From the NCBI GenBank assembly GCA_963663385.2, contig CAXXXD010000004.1:1-64000 (forward strand): 64,000 nt of DNA, given 5' to 3'. Under the pieces are notes generated by a model. The model did no database searches, was not told the origin of the DNA, and saw nothing but the letters and a program-made list of their open reading frames with translations. The stretch is from Oceanispirochaeta sp. (GTDB lineage: Bacteria; Spirochaetota; Spirochaetia; DSM-2461). Shown one piece after another: positions 38,302 through 47,942 of this stretch. The translations under genes were made by a program, and so were the position numbers. Each line of letters starts with the position of its first letter. The stretch's first letter is position 1.

Positions 38302-39057
38302 ATGAGAAAGATAGCAATATACGGCAAAGGCGGAATCGGTAAATCGACTGTCTGCTCGAACCTTTCGGCAGCTTTTGCGCTGCAGGGATTAACGGTTATG
38401 CAGATCGGCTGCGATCCCAAGGCGGACTCTACTTTGCATCTTACCGACGGAAAGCCCCCGATTCCAGTCATTGAGTATCTCAGGAAAAATACCGTATGCA
38501 ACCATATCGGTGAGATAACGAAAATCGGGTTTAATGATGTAATCTGTATTGAATCAGGAGGGCCTCCTCCGGGTATCGGCTGCGCGGGTCGAGGTATACT
38601 GTCCACATTCGAAGTAATTGAGGATCTGGGCGCTTTTGAAACATACAAGCCCGATATTGTAATGTTTGATGTCCTGGGCGATGTTGTTTGCGGTGGATTT
38701 ACCACCCCGATCAGGGATGGTTGGGCTGAAGAAGTTTATATCGTAACATCTGGCGAGAAGATGTCGCTCTTTGCCGCTAAAAACATAGCAAAAGCTCTTG
38801 ATTCCCTTTCCGGCAGGGGCTATGCCCGGCTTGCCGGAGTTATCGGTAACTGCAGGGGAATCCCCGGCGAAAAGGAGATCATTAAGGATTTTGCCCGTAC
38901 GACAAGGTCTGAAGTTACGGGAATTATTCCGCGCGATAACGAGATCTCATTCTGGGAATCGCAGGACAAGACTGTGCTTGAAGGGAATAGGGATTCTGAA
39001 ATATCCAGGGCCTTTATAGATCTTGCCGGTGCAATCTCGAGAGTAAGAGTAGAATGA
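38302..39057 (+). CDS. NifH/CfbC-like Fe protein (nitrogenase-like reductase component)
   Basis: [48 protein letters not shown] (both 4Fe-4S Cys), VTSGE.M; 251 aa. Confidence 0.93.
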   Translation: MRKIAIYGKGGIGKSTVCSNLSAAFALQGLTVMQIGCDPKADSTLHLTDGKPPIPVIEYLRKNTVCNHIGEITKIGFNDVICIESGGPPPGIGCAGRGILSTFEVIEDLGAFETYKPDIVMFDVLGDVVCGGFTTPIRDGWAEEVYIVTSGEKMSLFAAKNIAKALDSLSGRGYARLAGVIGNCRGIPGEKEIIKDFARTTRSEVTGIIPRDNEISFWESQDKTVLEGNRDSEISRAFIDLAGAISRVRVE

Positions 39058-40376
39058 AGAGAGAACCATTTGGAATCCCCATAAGCGATCTTTGCGGAAC
39101 AGCAACCCACTGGAGACGCAAGATTATGCCTGACGACGCTCTGCACTTCATGCCTCCTCACGGCGGAGGTTGGGGAATTGTCAGGACCGCGTTGGAGCTT
39201 CCTGATTCCGTTGTGCTTATGGCTGCGCCGTCGGTCTGTGCGAGGAGCACGGGGCTCCGCGAGCTCTATCTTGAATACAGGGACCGGTTCTTTTTTCTCG
39301 ACATCAGTGACCGCAATTTTGCAGACGGAAGTTTTGAAAAACTGATTCTCCAAGCCGTCGATGAAATTATGGAATACCTTAACAACAGCCCTGCGGTCTT
39401 TATGTTCTGTCAAACCTGTATAGACGATGTGATAGGTTCGGATTATGAACATCTGCAGAGAAGGGTTGAAGCAAAATATCGAATCAGGACTGCATCAATT
39501 CACCTGAAGCCGACAACTGCAGAAGGTAAAAGGCCTTCGGGGCTGCTGACTCAGCGTTCTATATTCAATATGATCAGGACGGTAAAATTGAGAGATAAGG
39601 GGATTAATCTGCTCGGTTCCGTGCTGCCTGTGTCATCTGAAAGTGAGTTCCACGACATTGTCCAGGCGGCGGGAATTGGTCCGCTCCGTCATCTGACAGC
39701 CTGTGACTCTATGGAAGATTTTGATATGATGAGCGCCTCATCCTGGAATATTCTGATGAGGCCGTCTGCCCGACTGGTCGTCAATGATATGAGGAAAAAA
39801 TACGGAACACCCCATGTCAATCTTACGGGTGCATTCAGTATAAAAAACGTCGATGCTAACTACCGGCTGCTGGAAGATTTCTTCGGTAGGAATCTTAACA
39901 CAGAAGGTTACAGAGATGAATGTGTTGACTTCATCTCCGGCAATACTCCGGAGTTCAGGGGCATGACGGCAGCGGTAGGATCAAGCGTTTACACGGGAAC
40001 ATTCGAACTGGCACGTGCTCTCGTTGAATACGGATTCGATGTAAAATACATATTTGCTAATATTATAATAGATTTCGACTCTGAGCATTTGCAGTGGCTT
40101 AAGGATAATGCTCCGGGGATTATGCTGTATCCGAGCTCACACACAAGCATGTCTCAATTTCACAGCCTTGGCCAAAAAGTCGATATTGCATTCGGGTTCG
40201 AGGCTGGATATTTTTGCGGCGAAGCGCCGACTGTACCGATGCTGCCGTATTATACTGATTTCGGTTATCAAGGCATCAGGGCTTTGATTAACGAAATTAA
40301 AGAGGTGATTAATAACCCCCGTCCTCATATGGAATCCATGTATGAATCATTTTATAGGCGAGGTAAAAATATATGA
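39054..40376 (+). CDS. Nitrogenase component-1-like subunit (NifD/BchN/CfbD-like)
   Basis: [46 protein letters not shown]-coupled to the nifH-like gene. Confidence 0.85.
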   Translation: MKREPFGIPISDLCGTATHWRRKIMPDDALHFMPPHGGGWGIVRTALELPDSVVLMAAPSVCARSTGLRELYLEYRDRFFFLDISDRNFADGSFEKLILQAVDEIMEYLNNSPAVFMFCQTCIDDVIGSDYEHLQRRVEAKYRIRTASIHLKPTTAEGKRPSGLLTQRSIFNMIRTVKLRDKGINLLGSVLPVSSESEFHDIVQAAGIGPLRHLTACDSMEDFDMMSASSWNILMRPSARLVVNDMRKKYGTPHVNLTGAFSIKNVDANYRLLEDFFGRNLNTEGYRDECVDFISGNTPEFRGMTAAVGSSVYTGTFELARALVEYGFDVKYIFANIIIDFDSEHLQWLKDNAPGIMLYPSSHTSMSQFHSLGQKVDIAFGFEAGYFCGEAPTVPMLPYYTDFGYQGIRALINEIKEVINNPRPHMESMYESFYRRGKNI

Positions 40377-41518
40377 GAGGTTTAAATAAGAAACTCCCTC
40401 CCTTTTCTTCGGATATTGCGGGAGCATGCGCCTCTCTTTTCGGTATGGGGGGTGTGGTGGTCGTACACGAACCGGCATGCTGTACAAGCTGCTACACGTC
40501 CTATGACGAACCAAGGTATTACGGCAGCTCAAGTCCGCTATACAGCTCTGAACTGAGGGAAATCCATCTGTCCACCGGAGACGACGAAACAATCCTTAGA
40601 AGGATTGAGGCGGCGGTTAAAATAATCGACTGCCGCTTCATTGCAATCATAGGCAGTCCGATTCCGATGTTTGCCGGAACCGACTACAACGCCCTTGCAC
40701 GGGAGACGGAAAAAAGGACAGGCATTCCTTCCATCGCAGTGGAAACAGGAGGATTCGACCGATACGATAAAGGGGCTTCCAAGGCATTATTACAATTAGC
40801 CCGGAAATTTATTCCGCCTGTGGCAAAGCGTGAATTGGACGATGTAAAAACCGGGGAAATTCGCAAAATTAATATAATCGGAGCTGTGGCGATGGACGGC
40901 ATCAGGATCAGAGGTACAGGAGGGTTGGCTGAATATTATACTCATAAAGGAATCGAAATAAATTCAGTATTTACCGACGGATCTTCAGTGGTCGAGGTTT
41001 TAAAAGCCGGAGCCGCAGATCAGAATGTTGTTATTTCCGTTTCTGGGCTCAGTACTGCCGAATATCTGAAAAACAGCTTCGGAATTCCCTACACTTGTGG
41101 AATCCCGATATATCCACCGGGGTCTTACGAACCTGCGAACGGTTTAAAAATCGGAAAGGGTCTGATCATCGGAGACCAGATAATTTCCAACTCAATTCGC
41201 AACTGCCTCTGCAGAGACTTCGGGATTCCTGATATCCGGGTTGCCTCTTTCTTTTCCATGAATGAACGCATTATGCAACCGGGAGATTGCCGTCTTGATG
41301 GAGAAATCGATCTTGAGAAAATGCTCGCGGATGTTGATTTTGATTTCCTGATTGGAGATCCGGCATTCCTTCGATTTATAGAAGATTATCCTGAAAAACG
41401 TTTTATTTCCCTTCCTCATACTCCGGTTTCAGGGTTTTCCCCCCTTCGAGAGGATCCTGTTCTCGTAGGAGAAGCCGGATTCAGGTTCTTTGAGAGCAGA
41501 CTTGCTGAATGGGGATAA
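40373..41518 (+). CDS. Second nitrogenase component-1-like subunit (NifK/BchB-like)
   Basis: LPPFSSD.AGAC, HEPACCTSCY...DEPR, SSEL.E....GD, GSPIP...GTDY, ETGGF..Y.KG, INIIG; ATGA-coupled. Confidence 0.85.
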   Translation: MRGLNKKLPPFSSDIAGACASLFGMGGVVVVHEPACCTSCYTSYDEPRYYGSSSPLYSSELREIHLSTGDDETILRRIEAAVKIIDCRFIAIIGSPIPMFAGTDYNALARETEKRTGIPSIAVETGGFDRYDKGASKALLQLARKFIPPVAKRELDDVKTGEIRKINIIGAVAMDGIRIRGTGGLAEYYTHKGIEINSVFTDGSSVVEVLKAGAADQNVVISVSGLSTAEYLKNSFGIPYTCGIPIYPPGSYEPANGLKIGKGLIIGDQIISNSIRNCLCRDFGIPDIRVASFFSMNERIMQPGDCRLDGEIDLEKMLADVDFDFLIGDPAFLRFIEDYPEKRFISLPHTPVSGFSPLREDPVLVGEAGFRFFESRLAEWG

Positions 41519-41589
41519 GCGGTGTAATAAATTGGGGTGATTGTAATTGCCAGTGGGAACTGTCATTCTTAGGTATAATATCCCTCTCC

Positions 41590-42351
41590 TCAGTTATAAA
41601 ACCCTTCTGTCTTCAACCATTTCAGATAATGCTGAATCTTCAGATCCCAGTATTCCCATGTATGTTCGTATCCCGCATCCTCTTCATAGGTGAATGAAGC
41701 TGACAGATGACCCAGGTAATTATTAAATGATATATTGGAATCATATAAAAAATCTTTCGTTCCGCAGCATTGATACAAAGCGGGCAGTTTCCGGCCTTTT
41801 TCCATATTCTGCTTTAAAAGCCATTTCAGATCATTTTCCGTATCTGTGATAACAGGATTTTCGCCGAAAATGGCTTTCCAGTCCCTGTCATCTACCGCCT
41901 GTTCTAGACCGGAAGGCAGATCAAGGGCCCCTGAAAAGCTCCCTGCCGAACAATATCTCTCCGGATACGAAAAAGCCAGCTTAAAGGCTCCATACCCTCC
42001 CATGGATAGCCCCGCAATGGAATTCTCTTCCCGTTTAGTGGATAAGGGAAAATAGCTTTGTGCAATATCCGGAAGTTCTTCACTGATAAAAGTCCAGTAG
42101 GGCATGCCGTAAACCATATCAGTATAAAAACTCTTATTTCCATCGGGCATAACTACGGCAATTCCCGTATCTGATACATACCGCTCGATGGCAGTATTCC
42201 GGTGCCAGGAGGTATTGTCTCCATTGTACCCGTGGAGGAGCCAAAGGGTTTTATACTTTTCCCGCCTGTTTGCTGTGGGGGGGAGGATAACTGTCATAGA
42301 GGTTTCTATCTGTAATGACTCAGAAAAAAAATCGCAGTTGATTAATGCCAC
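41590..42351 (-). CDS. Alpha/beta-hydrolase esterase (tributyrin/acetyl esterase-like)
   Basis: LWLLHG, VVMPDG..SFYTD, AGLSMGGYGA, CGT.DFL, HTWEYWD. Confidence 0.92.
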   Translation of the reverse strand: MALINCDFFSESLQIETSMTVILPPTANRREKYKTLWLLHGYNGDNTSWHRNTAIERYVSDTGIAVVMPDGNKSFYTDMVYGMPYWTFISEELPDIAQSYFPLSTKREENSIAGLSMGGYGAFKLAFSYPERYCSAGSFSGALDLPSGLEQAVDDRDWKAIFGENPVITDTENDLKWLLKQNMEKGRKLPALYQCCGTKDFLYDSNISFNNYLGHLSASFTYEEDAGYEHTWEYWDLKIQHYLKWLKTEGFYN

Positions 42352-42436
42352 AATCTCTCCTTAATTTTTTTCAAATACAATTCTTACCGGATTCTCCATC
42401 CCCTGATGGTACTGTACAACAGGGGACAGAATCGAC

Positions 42437-43270
42437 TTAACCTTTTACAGCCCCCGCCGTCAGGCCTTTAATGAACTGTTTGGACATCAGCAGATAGAGG
42501 ACCATTACAGGAACAGCTGATAGAGTCAGGACCGCCAGGATTTTGGACCAGTCGGTCTGATACTGGCCGAATAACCGGGTTACTCCCAGTATCAGGGTTT
42601 TCTGGGACTCTTCATTAATGAATATAAGAGGAAACCATAGATCGTTCCAGATCGGGACAAGGTTGAATATGGCAACACTGCCCAGAGCCGGCCGCATAAC
42701 CGGCAGTATGATGGAACGGTAGATGCGCATGTGCCCCGCCCCGTCCATCAGGGCCGCTTCTGATAATTCATCTGGTATCTCCCGGATAAACTCGGTCAGA
42801 ACAAAGGTGGCTATGGGCATCCCCATAGCGATGTATACGGGGAAAAGGCTGGCTGTGGAGTTAAGCAGTCCCAGATTCTTGATGATCTGCAGCAGATTGA
42901 TACTGCCGATACGGATGGGAACCATCATTCCTGCAATAAAAAACAGATAGATCCCCCGTGATATTTTTGAGTGCCAGTTGGCTATTGCATAGGCAGCCAG
43001 AGATCCGATAAACAATATTATAAAGATGGACCCTATTGTTACAATCGTACTGTTCTTGAAGTAGATAAAGAAATCACTGTCATTAAGAACAGAAATATAA
43101 CTCTTGAAGTTCCATTGAGGGGGAAGCCCGAAGGGATCCTTGTAAATATCCAGTTTTTTCTTGAATGAGTTGATGATCATGGTCCAGATCGGGAATATAA
43201 CCATTCCGGTCCATATCAAGAGTATTGTATGGTGAATCATATGCCTTTTCGGCTGTTTTTTTACTATCAT
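42437..43270 (-). CDS. Carbohydrate ABC permease (MalG-like)
   Basis: IPDELSEAALMDGA, WNDLWFPL, GLTAGAVKG. Confidence 0.93.
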   Translation of the reverse strand: MIVKKQPKRHMIHHTILLIWTGMVIFPIWTMIINSFKKKLDIYKDPFGLPPQWNFKSYISVLNDSDFFIYFKNSTIVTIGSIFIILFIGSLAAYAIANWHSKISRGIYLFFIAGMMVPIRIGSINLLQIIKNLGLLNSTASLFPVYIAMGMPIATFVLTEFIREIPDELSEAALMDGAGHMRIYRSIILPVMRPALGSVAIFNLVPIWNDLWFPLIFINEESQKTLILGVTRLFGQYQTDWSKILAVLTLSAVPVMVLYLLMSKQFIKGLTAGAVKG

Positions 43271-43282
43271 GTCAGTCTCCTG

Positions 43283-44221
43283 TCAGTCCACCCGGTTTCG
43301 AGTCAGTTTTAAAATGAATCCCACACCGAGGGCCAGAATGAGGAAGGTCAGAGTTGCTACGGCGGCTCCCAGGCCTCTATCGGGAATCCCTACAGGATGC
43401 TGTCCGGCAATCCCGACCCGGTAGAAGAATGTTCCCATAATATCTGTGGAAAATTGAGGAGAACCATTTACATTGGCCATTGAAAAGACCACATCGAAGG
43501 CATTGAAGTTGTTGACAAAGGTCAGTATTGAGACAATTCCGATAATAGGCATAAGAAGGGGCACCTTTATATTCCAGAATACCTGCCAGCCCGAGGCGCC
43601 GGCAATCTGTGCCGCTTCATAGTAATCTTCCGGAATATTCTGAAGACCGGCCATGAACATCATTGTGGGCATGCCCACCCATTGCCAGCTGGAAACCAGT
43701 GAGATTATCGGCAGAGCCATAGCAGGATCGCCCAACCAGGCTATATTATGATTGGCAAAGCCTATATTTTTCAGAATCAGGTTGATTGCTCCCCATTGGG
43801 GATTCAGTATCAGTTTCCACAGGTATCCTGTTACCAGGATCGAAAGGGTTGCCGGAACGAAAATAATGGTCCGGTAGAAGGAGGCTGCTTTGAGCCGGGG
43901 AGATGTCAACAGGTTGGCAAATAGAATCCCCAGGATGTTCTGCACCAGCATATGGATGGCAAAGAATATCCAGGTGTGTCCAAAGGCTCCCCAGTAACGG
44001 GCGGCCATTTCTTTATTTGCAAAGAGCCTTATATAGTTGTCAAAACCGACAAAGCGATCAAGGTCATAAGCTGAACCGGTAAAGAAACTCAGTCTCATGG
44101 AATTAAACAGGGGAAAGGCCATGAAGACAATGTAAATGAGCAGTGCCGGCAGTATATAAAGGAACCAGATAATTGATCGTTTCATTTCCTTGCGGTTATT
44201 TAAATCTGTTCTGTTTTTCAT
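43283..44221 (-). CDS. Carbohydrate ABC permease (MalF-like)
   Basis: FVGFDNY, AGLQNIP..YYEAA.I.GAS.WQ.FW.I..PLL. Confidence 0.93.
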   Translation of the reverse strand: MKNRTDLNNRKEMKRSIIWFLYILPALLIYIVFMAFPLFNSMRLSFFTGSAYDLDRFVGFDNYIRLFANKEMAARYWGAFGHTWIFFAIHMLVQNILGILFANLLTSPRLKAASFYRTIIFVPATLSILVTGYLWKLILNPQWGAINLILKNIGFANHNIAWLGDPAMALPIISLVSSWQWVGMPTMMFMAGLQNIPEDYYEAAQIAGASGWQVFWNIKVPLLMPIIGIVSILTFVNNFNAFDVVFSMANVNGSPQFSTDIMGTFFYRVGIAGQHPVGIPDRGLGAAVATLTFLILALGVGFILKLTRNRVD

Positions 44222-44349
44222 TTTTTCTCTCTAGGGGATTCCGGGCGGCAGCCCGGTGTATAAAGTCCTGAAACGAAGGATTCTCCGTTTCAGGGCAGAT
44301 AACCAGCCGGGAATCATAACTCCGACCGGTCATTAAGAGGAGGCTCTTA

Positions 44350-45633
44350 TTAATCCTGTGCAGGTGCGTACCACTGAGCAAGACCATTCTTGAGATCGTC
44401 AGCCGCCTGTCGGGGTGTTATGTTTCCGGAGATGACATTGATGGAGCCGTTCATAACCAGATCATATCCACTGGGAGACCCGGCCAGCAGTTTGGGCCAT
44501 ACCCAACGGACATCTGTTTCCCGGTCATTTTTGAGGGCCAGAAAGGAGTTCGCATGGGCATTCTCAATTGTAACGGAGTTCTCGGACATGGGAAACATTC
44601 CGCTAGGCAGGACATTTGCCAGAATCTGAGCCCCTTCCTTGCTTCCAAGCCAGGTTAGAAAAGTTTTAACCTGTTCCGGATATTTTGTTGCGGGATTCAT
44701 TCCAACACCGGCATCGGGATGAAAACAGATGTAGTTTTCTGTATTGGCGGCAGGAGCCGGGGGAGCCATGACATCCCATTCAAAATCTACATCATTAAAG
44801 GTTCCCAGAGACCAGGATCCATCAAAGTACATGGCCGCCTGACCGGTGGCAAACAGAGCATTGCTGTCGTTATAGGTAAGCGCTTCAAATCCCTGAGGCA
44901 TATAGGGTGCCAGTGACTGCATAGCGGTAAAAAGTTCTACAACATGTTCATCGTTGTACTGTCTCTCTCCCGTATCATAGGCTAAGCGGCCCTCCCGTCC
45001 ACCAAGAAAATTGGGAGCGATACTCATAAGTACCACTTCGGCAATATCCCATTCATCTCCCAGAGCATTGGCTACGGGAATAATTCCGGCCTTTTTAATG
45101 ACTTCACAAACGTTCAGAAAATTTTCCCAGGTTTCGGGAACAGAGATTCCCAAGTCATAGAATATGTCTTTGTTGTAATAAATACCGTGTGAGACAGCAA
45201 TGAAAGGTACTGCGAATGACTGACCGTTTTCATTGGTCCAGGGAGCTCTACTTCCATCCGAATAGTTGGTTTTTAATCCCTCCAGGTCGCTTAGGTCAGC
45301 AAAATAGCCATCTTTGAAAAGCTGCTGCCCTGTTGTATAGGATCGGGCGTACATAAGATCGGGGCCTGTCCCGCTTTCCAGCTGAAGACGGAGAGTCGCA
45401 TTGTAATCCGGGGGATTCGTAGGCTGGAATTTAATAGTAATTTCCGGATGGGATTTATTGAACATTTTCAGCAGGGTGTTTATCTGCTCCACGTCATCGG
45501 TTCTCCAGGAACCCATAATCAGTTCAACTTTTTCAACTTCAGTTTCGGCCGTTTCCTGAGTTCCTTCTGCGAACAGGGGAATGAAAGCTGTCAGAACAAG
45601 AAGAATCAAAGATAAGAAAGTACTTTGTTTCAT
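44350..45633 (-). CDS. Carbohydrate ABC substrate-binding protein
   Basis: Leader LFAEGTQE, GPDL, YYNKDIF, PETWE, FATGQAAMYFDGSW; RBS AAGGAG before ATG 45633. Confidence 0.92.
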   Translation of the reverse strand: MKQSTFLSLILLVLTAFIPLFAEGTQETAETEVEKVELIMGSWRTDDVEQINTLLKMFNKSHPEITIKFQPTNPPDYNATLRLQLESGTGPDLMYARSYTTGQQLFKDGYFADLSDLEGLKTNYSDGSRAPWTNENGQSFAVPFIAVSHGIYYNKDIFYDLGISVPETWENFLNVCEVIKKAGIIPVANALGDEWDIAEVVLMSIAPNFLGGREGRLAYDTGERQYNDEHVVELFTAMQSLAPYMPQGFEALTYNDSNALFATGQAAMYFDGSWSLGTFNDVDFEWDVMAPPAPAANTENYICFHPDAGVGMNPATKYPEQVKTFLTWLGSKEGAQILANVLPSGMFPMSENSVTIENAHANSFLALKNDRETDVRWVWPKLLAGSPSGYDLVMNGSINVISGNITPRQAADDLKNGLAQWYAPAQD

Positions 45634-45744
45634 AAAATAACTCCTTTTGTAGAATACTGTTGAAATGATATTTCCCAATTTCGGATCCGGCTAGTTACAA
45701 ATGTAATCGGTTCTGTACTTTCTATGTCCTTATTCTTTAAAATA

Positions 45745-46437
45745 TTAATGAAAAAAGTATGAAGCAAGGGTCCGGGCCTTCCGTATGGCTGAAAGCCGGT
45801 CTACCACATCCATTTTGGAGTAGATACTACTCATGTAGTTTCGGGTTGTCTGGTCTCCCAGATGAACTTCCCGGGCAATCTCCTTATTGGTCATTCCCTG
45901 GATCAGATATTTCAGTATGGCCTTTTCCCGGGGACTGAGGGATATATACCAATCCGGTATCTCTTCTTTTTCAGAAGACTGCGGAGCTGAGGGATTCGCT
46001 GCGGCTGCTGTTTCTGACTGAGAAGAATCGTCCACCAGAGATAAAGCAATATCCGGCGATATGAGTACCGCACCGGAGTGAACCGCCCGGAGCGCATTGA
46101 TCAGCATCAGAGGATCTATATTCTTCAGCATATATCCGGCAGCACCACAGTGGAGGGCCGCTTTGACAAATTCATCATCTTCAAAAGTTGTCAGCATTAT
46201 GATATGAATTTCCGGCTGCTCTTTCCGGATGATCCGGGCGGCGGCCACACCGTCCATCTCGGGCATTCGTACATCCATCAGGATCAGATCGGGTTTCAAT
46301 TCAGCCGCTTTTTCTACGGCCTCTCTGCCATCATGGGCTGTTCCTATAACCTGAATATCATCTGCCTGGTTTTCCAGTACTATTTTCAGGCTTTCGAGAA
46401 AAAGGATCTGGTCATCGACCAGCATCGTTCTTATCAT
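45745..46437 (-). CDS. NarL/LuxR-family response regulator
   Basis: LVDDQ, LMDVRMP.MDG, LTTF, LSPREK..L..L.QG.TNKEIA. Confidence 0.93.
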   Translation of the reverse strand: MIRTMLVDDQILFLESLKIVLENQADDIQVIGTAHDGREAVEKAAELKPDLILMDVRMPEMDGVAAARIIRKEQPEIHIIMLTTFEDDEFVKAALHCGAAGYMLKNIDPLMLINALRAVHSGAVLISPDIALSLVDDSSQSETAAAANPSAPQSSEKEEIPDWYISLSPREKAILKYLIQGMTNKEIAREVHLGDQTTRNYMSSIYSKMDVVDRLSAIRKARTLASYFFH

Positions 46438-47690
46438 TCATCACTCTCCTTTTTTACGGAAGGGATAATCTTTTTCTGTACAGGAAGCCAGGCAGTCAGG
46501 GTGAACCCTCCCGGATGCCCTTCTGCCCGAATATCCCCTCCCAGGCCGGCAAAGCGTTCTTTCATTCCCCTGATTCCCAACCCTTCTTTAATAGTGCCCC
46601 CTCCGATACCGTTGTCCCAGACGGAAACCTGAATACTGTCAGACTCTTTCCAGAATATGATTTTAATCTCCGTTGCCTTGCCATGGCGGAAGGCATTGGT
46701 CATTCCCTCCTGAATAAACCGATACAGAACATCATCCAGACGGTCGCCCAATGTATTGGGGATATTTGCCAGTTCCAGAATAACTCTTACACCTGTGATT
46801 TTTTCAAATGTTCTTACCAGCTTGACGATCAGATTCATTCCCCTGTCCTTTGAATCTTCCGACCCATGCAACTGTCGCAGGGCGGTCCGTGCCTCCTCCA
46901 TCCCTTCATTCAGTTGTTTCTGTGCCTGATGGAGGAGTGTGTCCAGCTGAGGATTGTGCCAATCCTTGAGACTCATGACAGCCTGAATAATCATGAGTTG
47001 ATTGGTCAGGGTGTAACCGATGATGTCATGCAGCTCCCTGGCAATCCTTTTCCTCTCCTGTTCTACTGATTCACGCTCCACAGTAATCGCATAACTCTGA
47101 AAATCCAGATTTACACGATTCAATTCCCTGAGAGCTCCGTCAAGGCGTTTCACTTGGTGGATCCTTTCCCAGTGTTCCTGTAAAAGTTTTTTTATGGTAC
47201 TGCTCAAAAGGATTATTACCAGACCGAAAAAGATCAGGTAGATCCTCCCGCTTGTATCCATTCTGATTGTCGAATCATCCCAGATCAGGACCTGACCATG
47301 AGCCAGTGTGACCAGGAATAAACAGAATAGGGAACCTGGAATCCCCATCGGCAGAGGACAATATGCAATTATATCCAGGAAAAGAGCTGTAATAAGGATG
47401 GATACAACTCCAAGATTATCGTTTAAGGGATAGCTGATGATCAGGAGGGCAATAAACTTCAATCCCAGAAATAGAGCCCGATAGGGGGAGCCCTTCTGAT
47501 ACAGGAGAGTCAGGGATAGAACGCTTGTAAAAATCAACAGAGCGTAAAACTGTCGGTGCCAGTGCTCTGGTACCGACAGAGTCTCTATCTGGATCCGATA
47601 AAGAAAAAAGGCGGCGGTATGGCATAGGAGGTCAATGAACAGTATGTAGATACTCAAACGTTTTTGATTCTCGAAAACTTGGCTGACCAC
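46434..47690 (-). CDS. HisKA_3 membrane sensor histidine kinase
   Basis: ERKRIARELHDIIG, YRFIQEGMTNAFRHG, DNGIG, GLGIRGMKER. Confidence 0.93.
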   Translation of the reverse strand: MVSQVFENQKRLSIYILFIDLLCHTAAFFLYRIQIETLSVPEHWHRQFYALLIFTSVLSLTLLYQKGSPYRALFLGLKFIALLIISYPLNDNLGVVSILITALFLDIIAYCPLPMGIPGSLFCLFLVTLAHGQVLIWDDSTIRMDTSGRIYLIFFGLVIILLSSTIKKLLQEHWERIHQVKRLDGALRELNRVNLDFQSYAITVERESVEQERKRIARELHDIIGYTLTNQLMIIQAVMSLKDWHNPQLDTLLHQAQKQLNEGMEEARTALRQLHGSEDSKDRGMNLIVKLVRTFEKITGVRVILELANIPNTLGDRLDDVLYRFIQEGMTNAFRHGKATEIKIIFWKESDSIQVSVWDNGIGGGTIKEGLGIRGMKERFAGLGGDIRAEGHPGGFTLTAWLPVQKKIIPSVKKESDE

Positions 47691-47942
47691 GCAGGGGGCT
47701 CCTTATCAGGCTACATCTTCATAAGAAAATGGAGGCCTGTCAATCATTTTTGTCTGAAGAGGATTTTCCCTCGAAACCGTAAAAATATAAAATTCCAATC
47801 CAATCACTCTCAGAGGATATGCTATCTCTTACACCTACCCATGAAAAGAATACAAAAAAAGGTGTTTTGTTTATTGGTTTACAGGCCCCCTTCAATTATC
47901 CTGTTTACAACTGATAGCGGAAACTTCCGGCTCTAGGAGGAT

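Noticed and set aside
38302..41518. Calling the cluster a true nitrogenase (nifHDK) or cfbCD
   Set aside because: Subunits are short, lack FeMoco ligands and a full P-cluster Cys set, there is no nifB/E/N, and there are two different component-1 genes unlike homomeric CfbD; gene symbols withheld.
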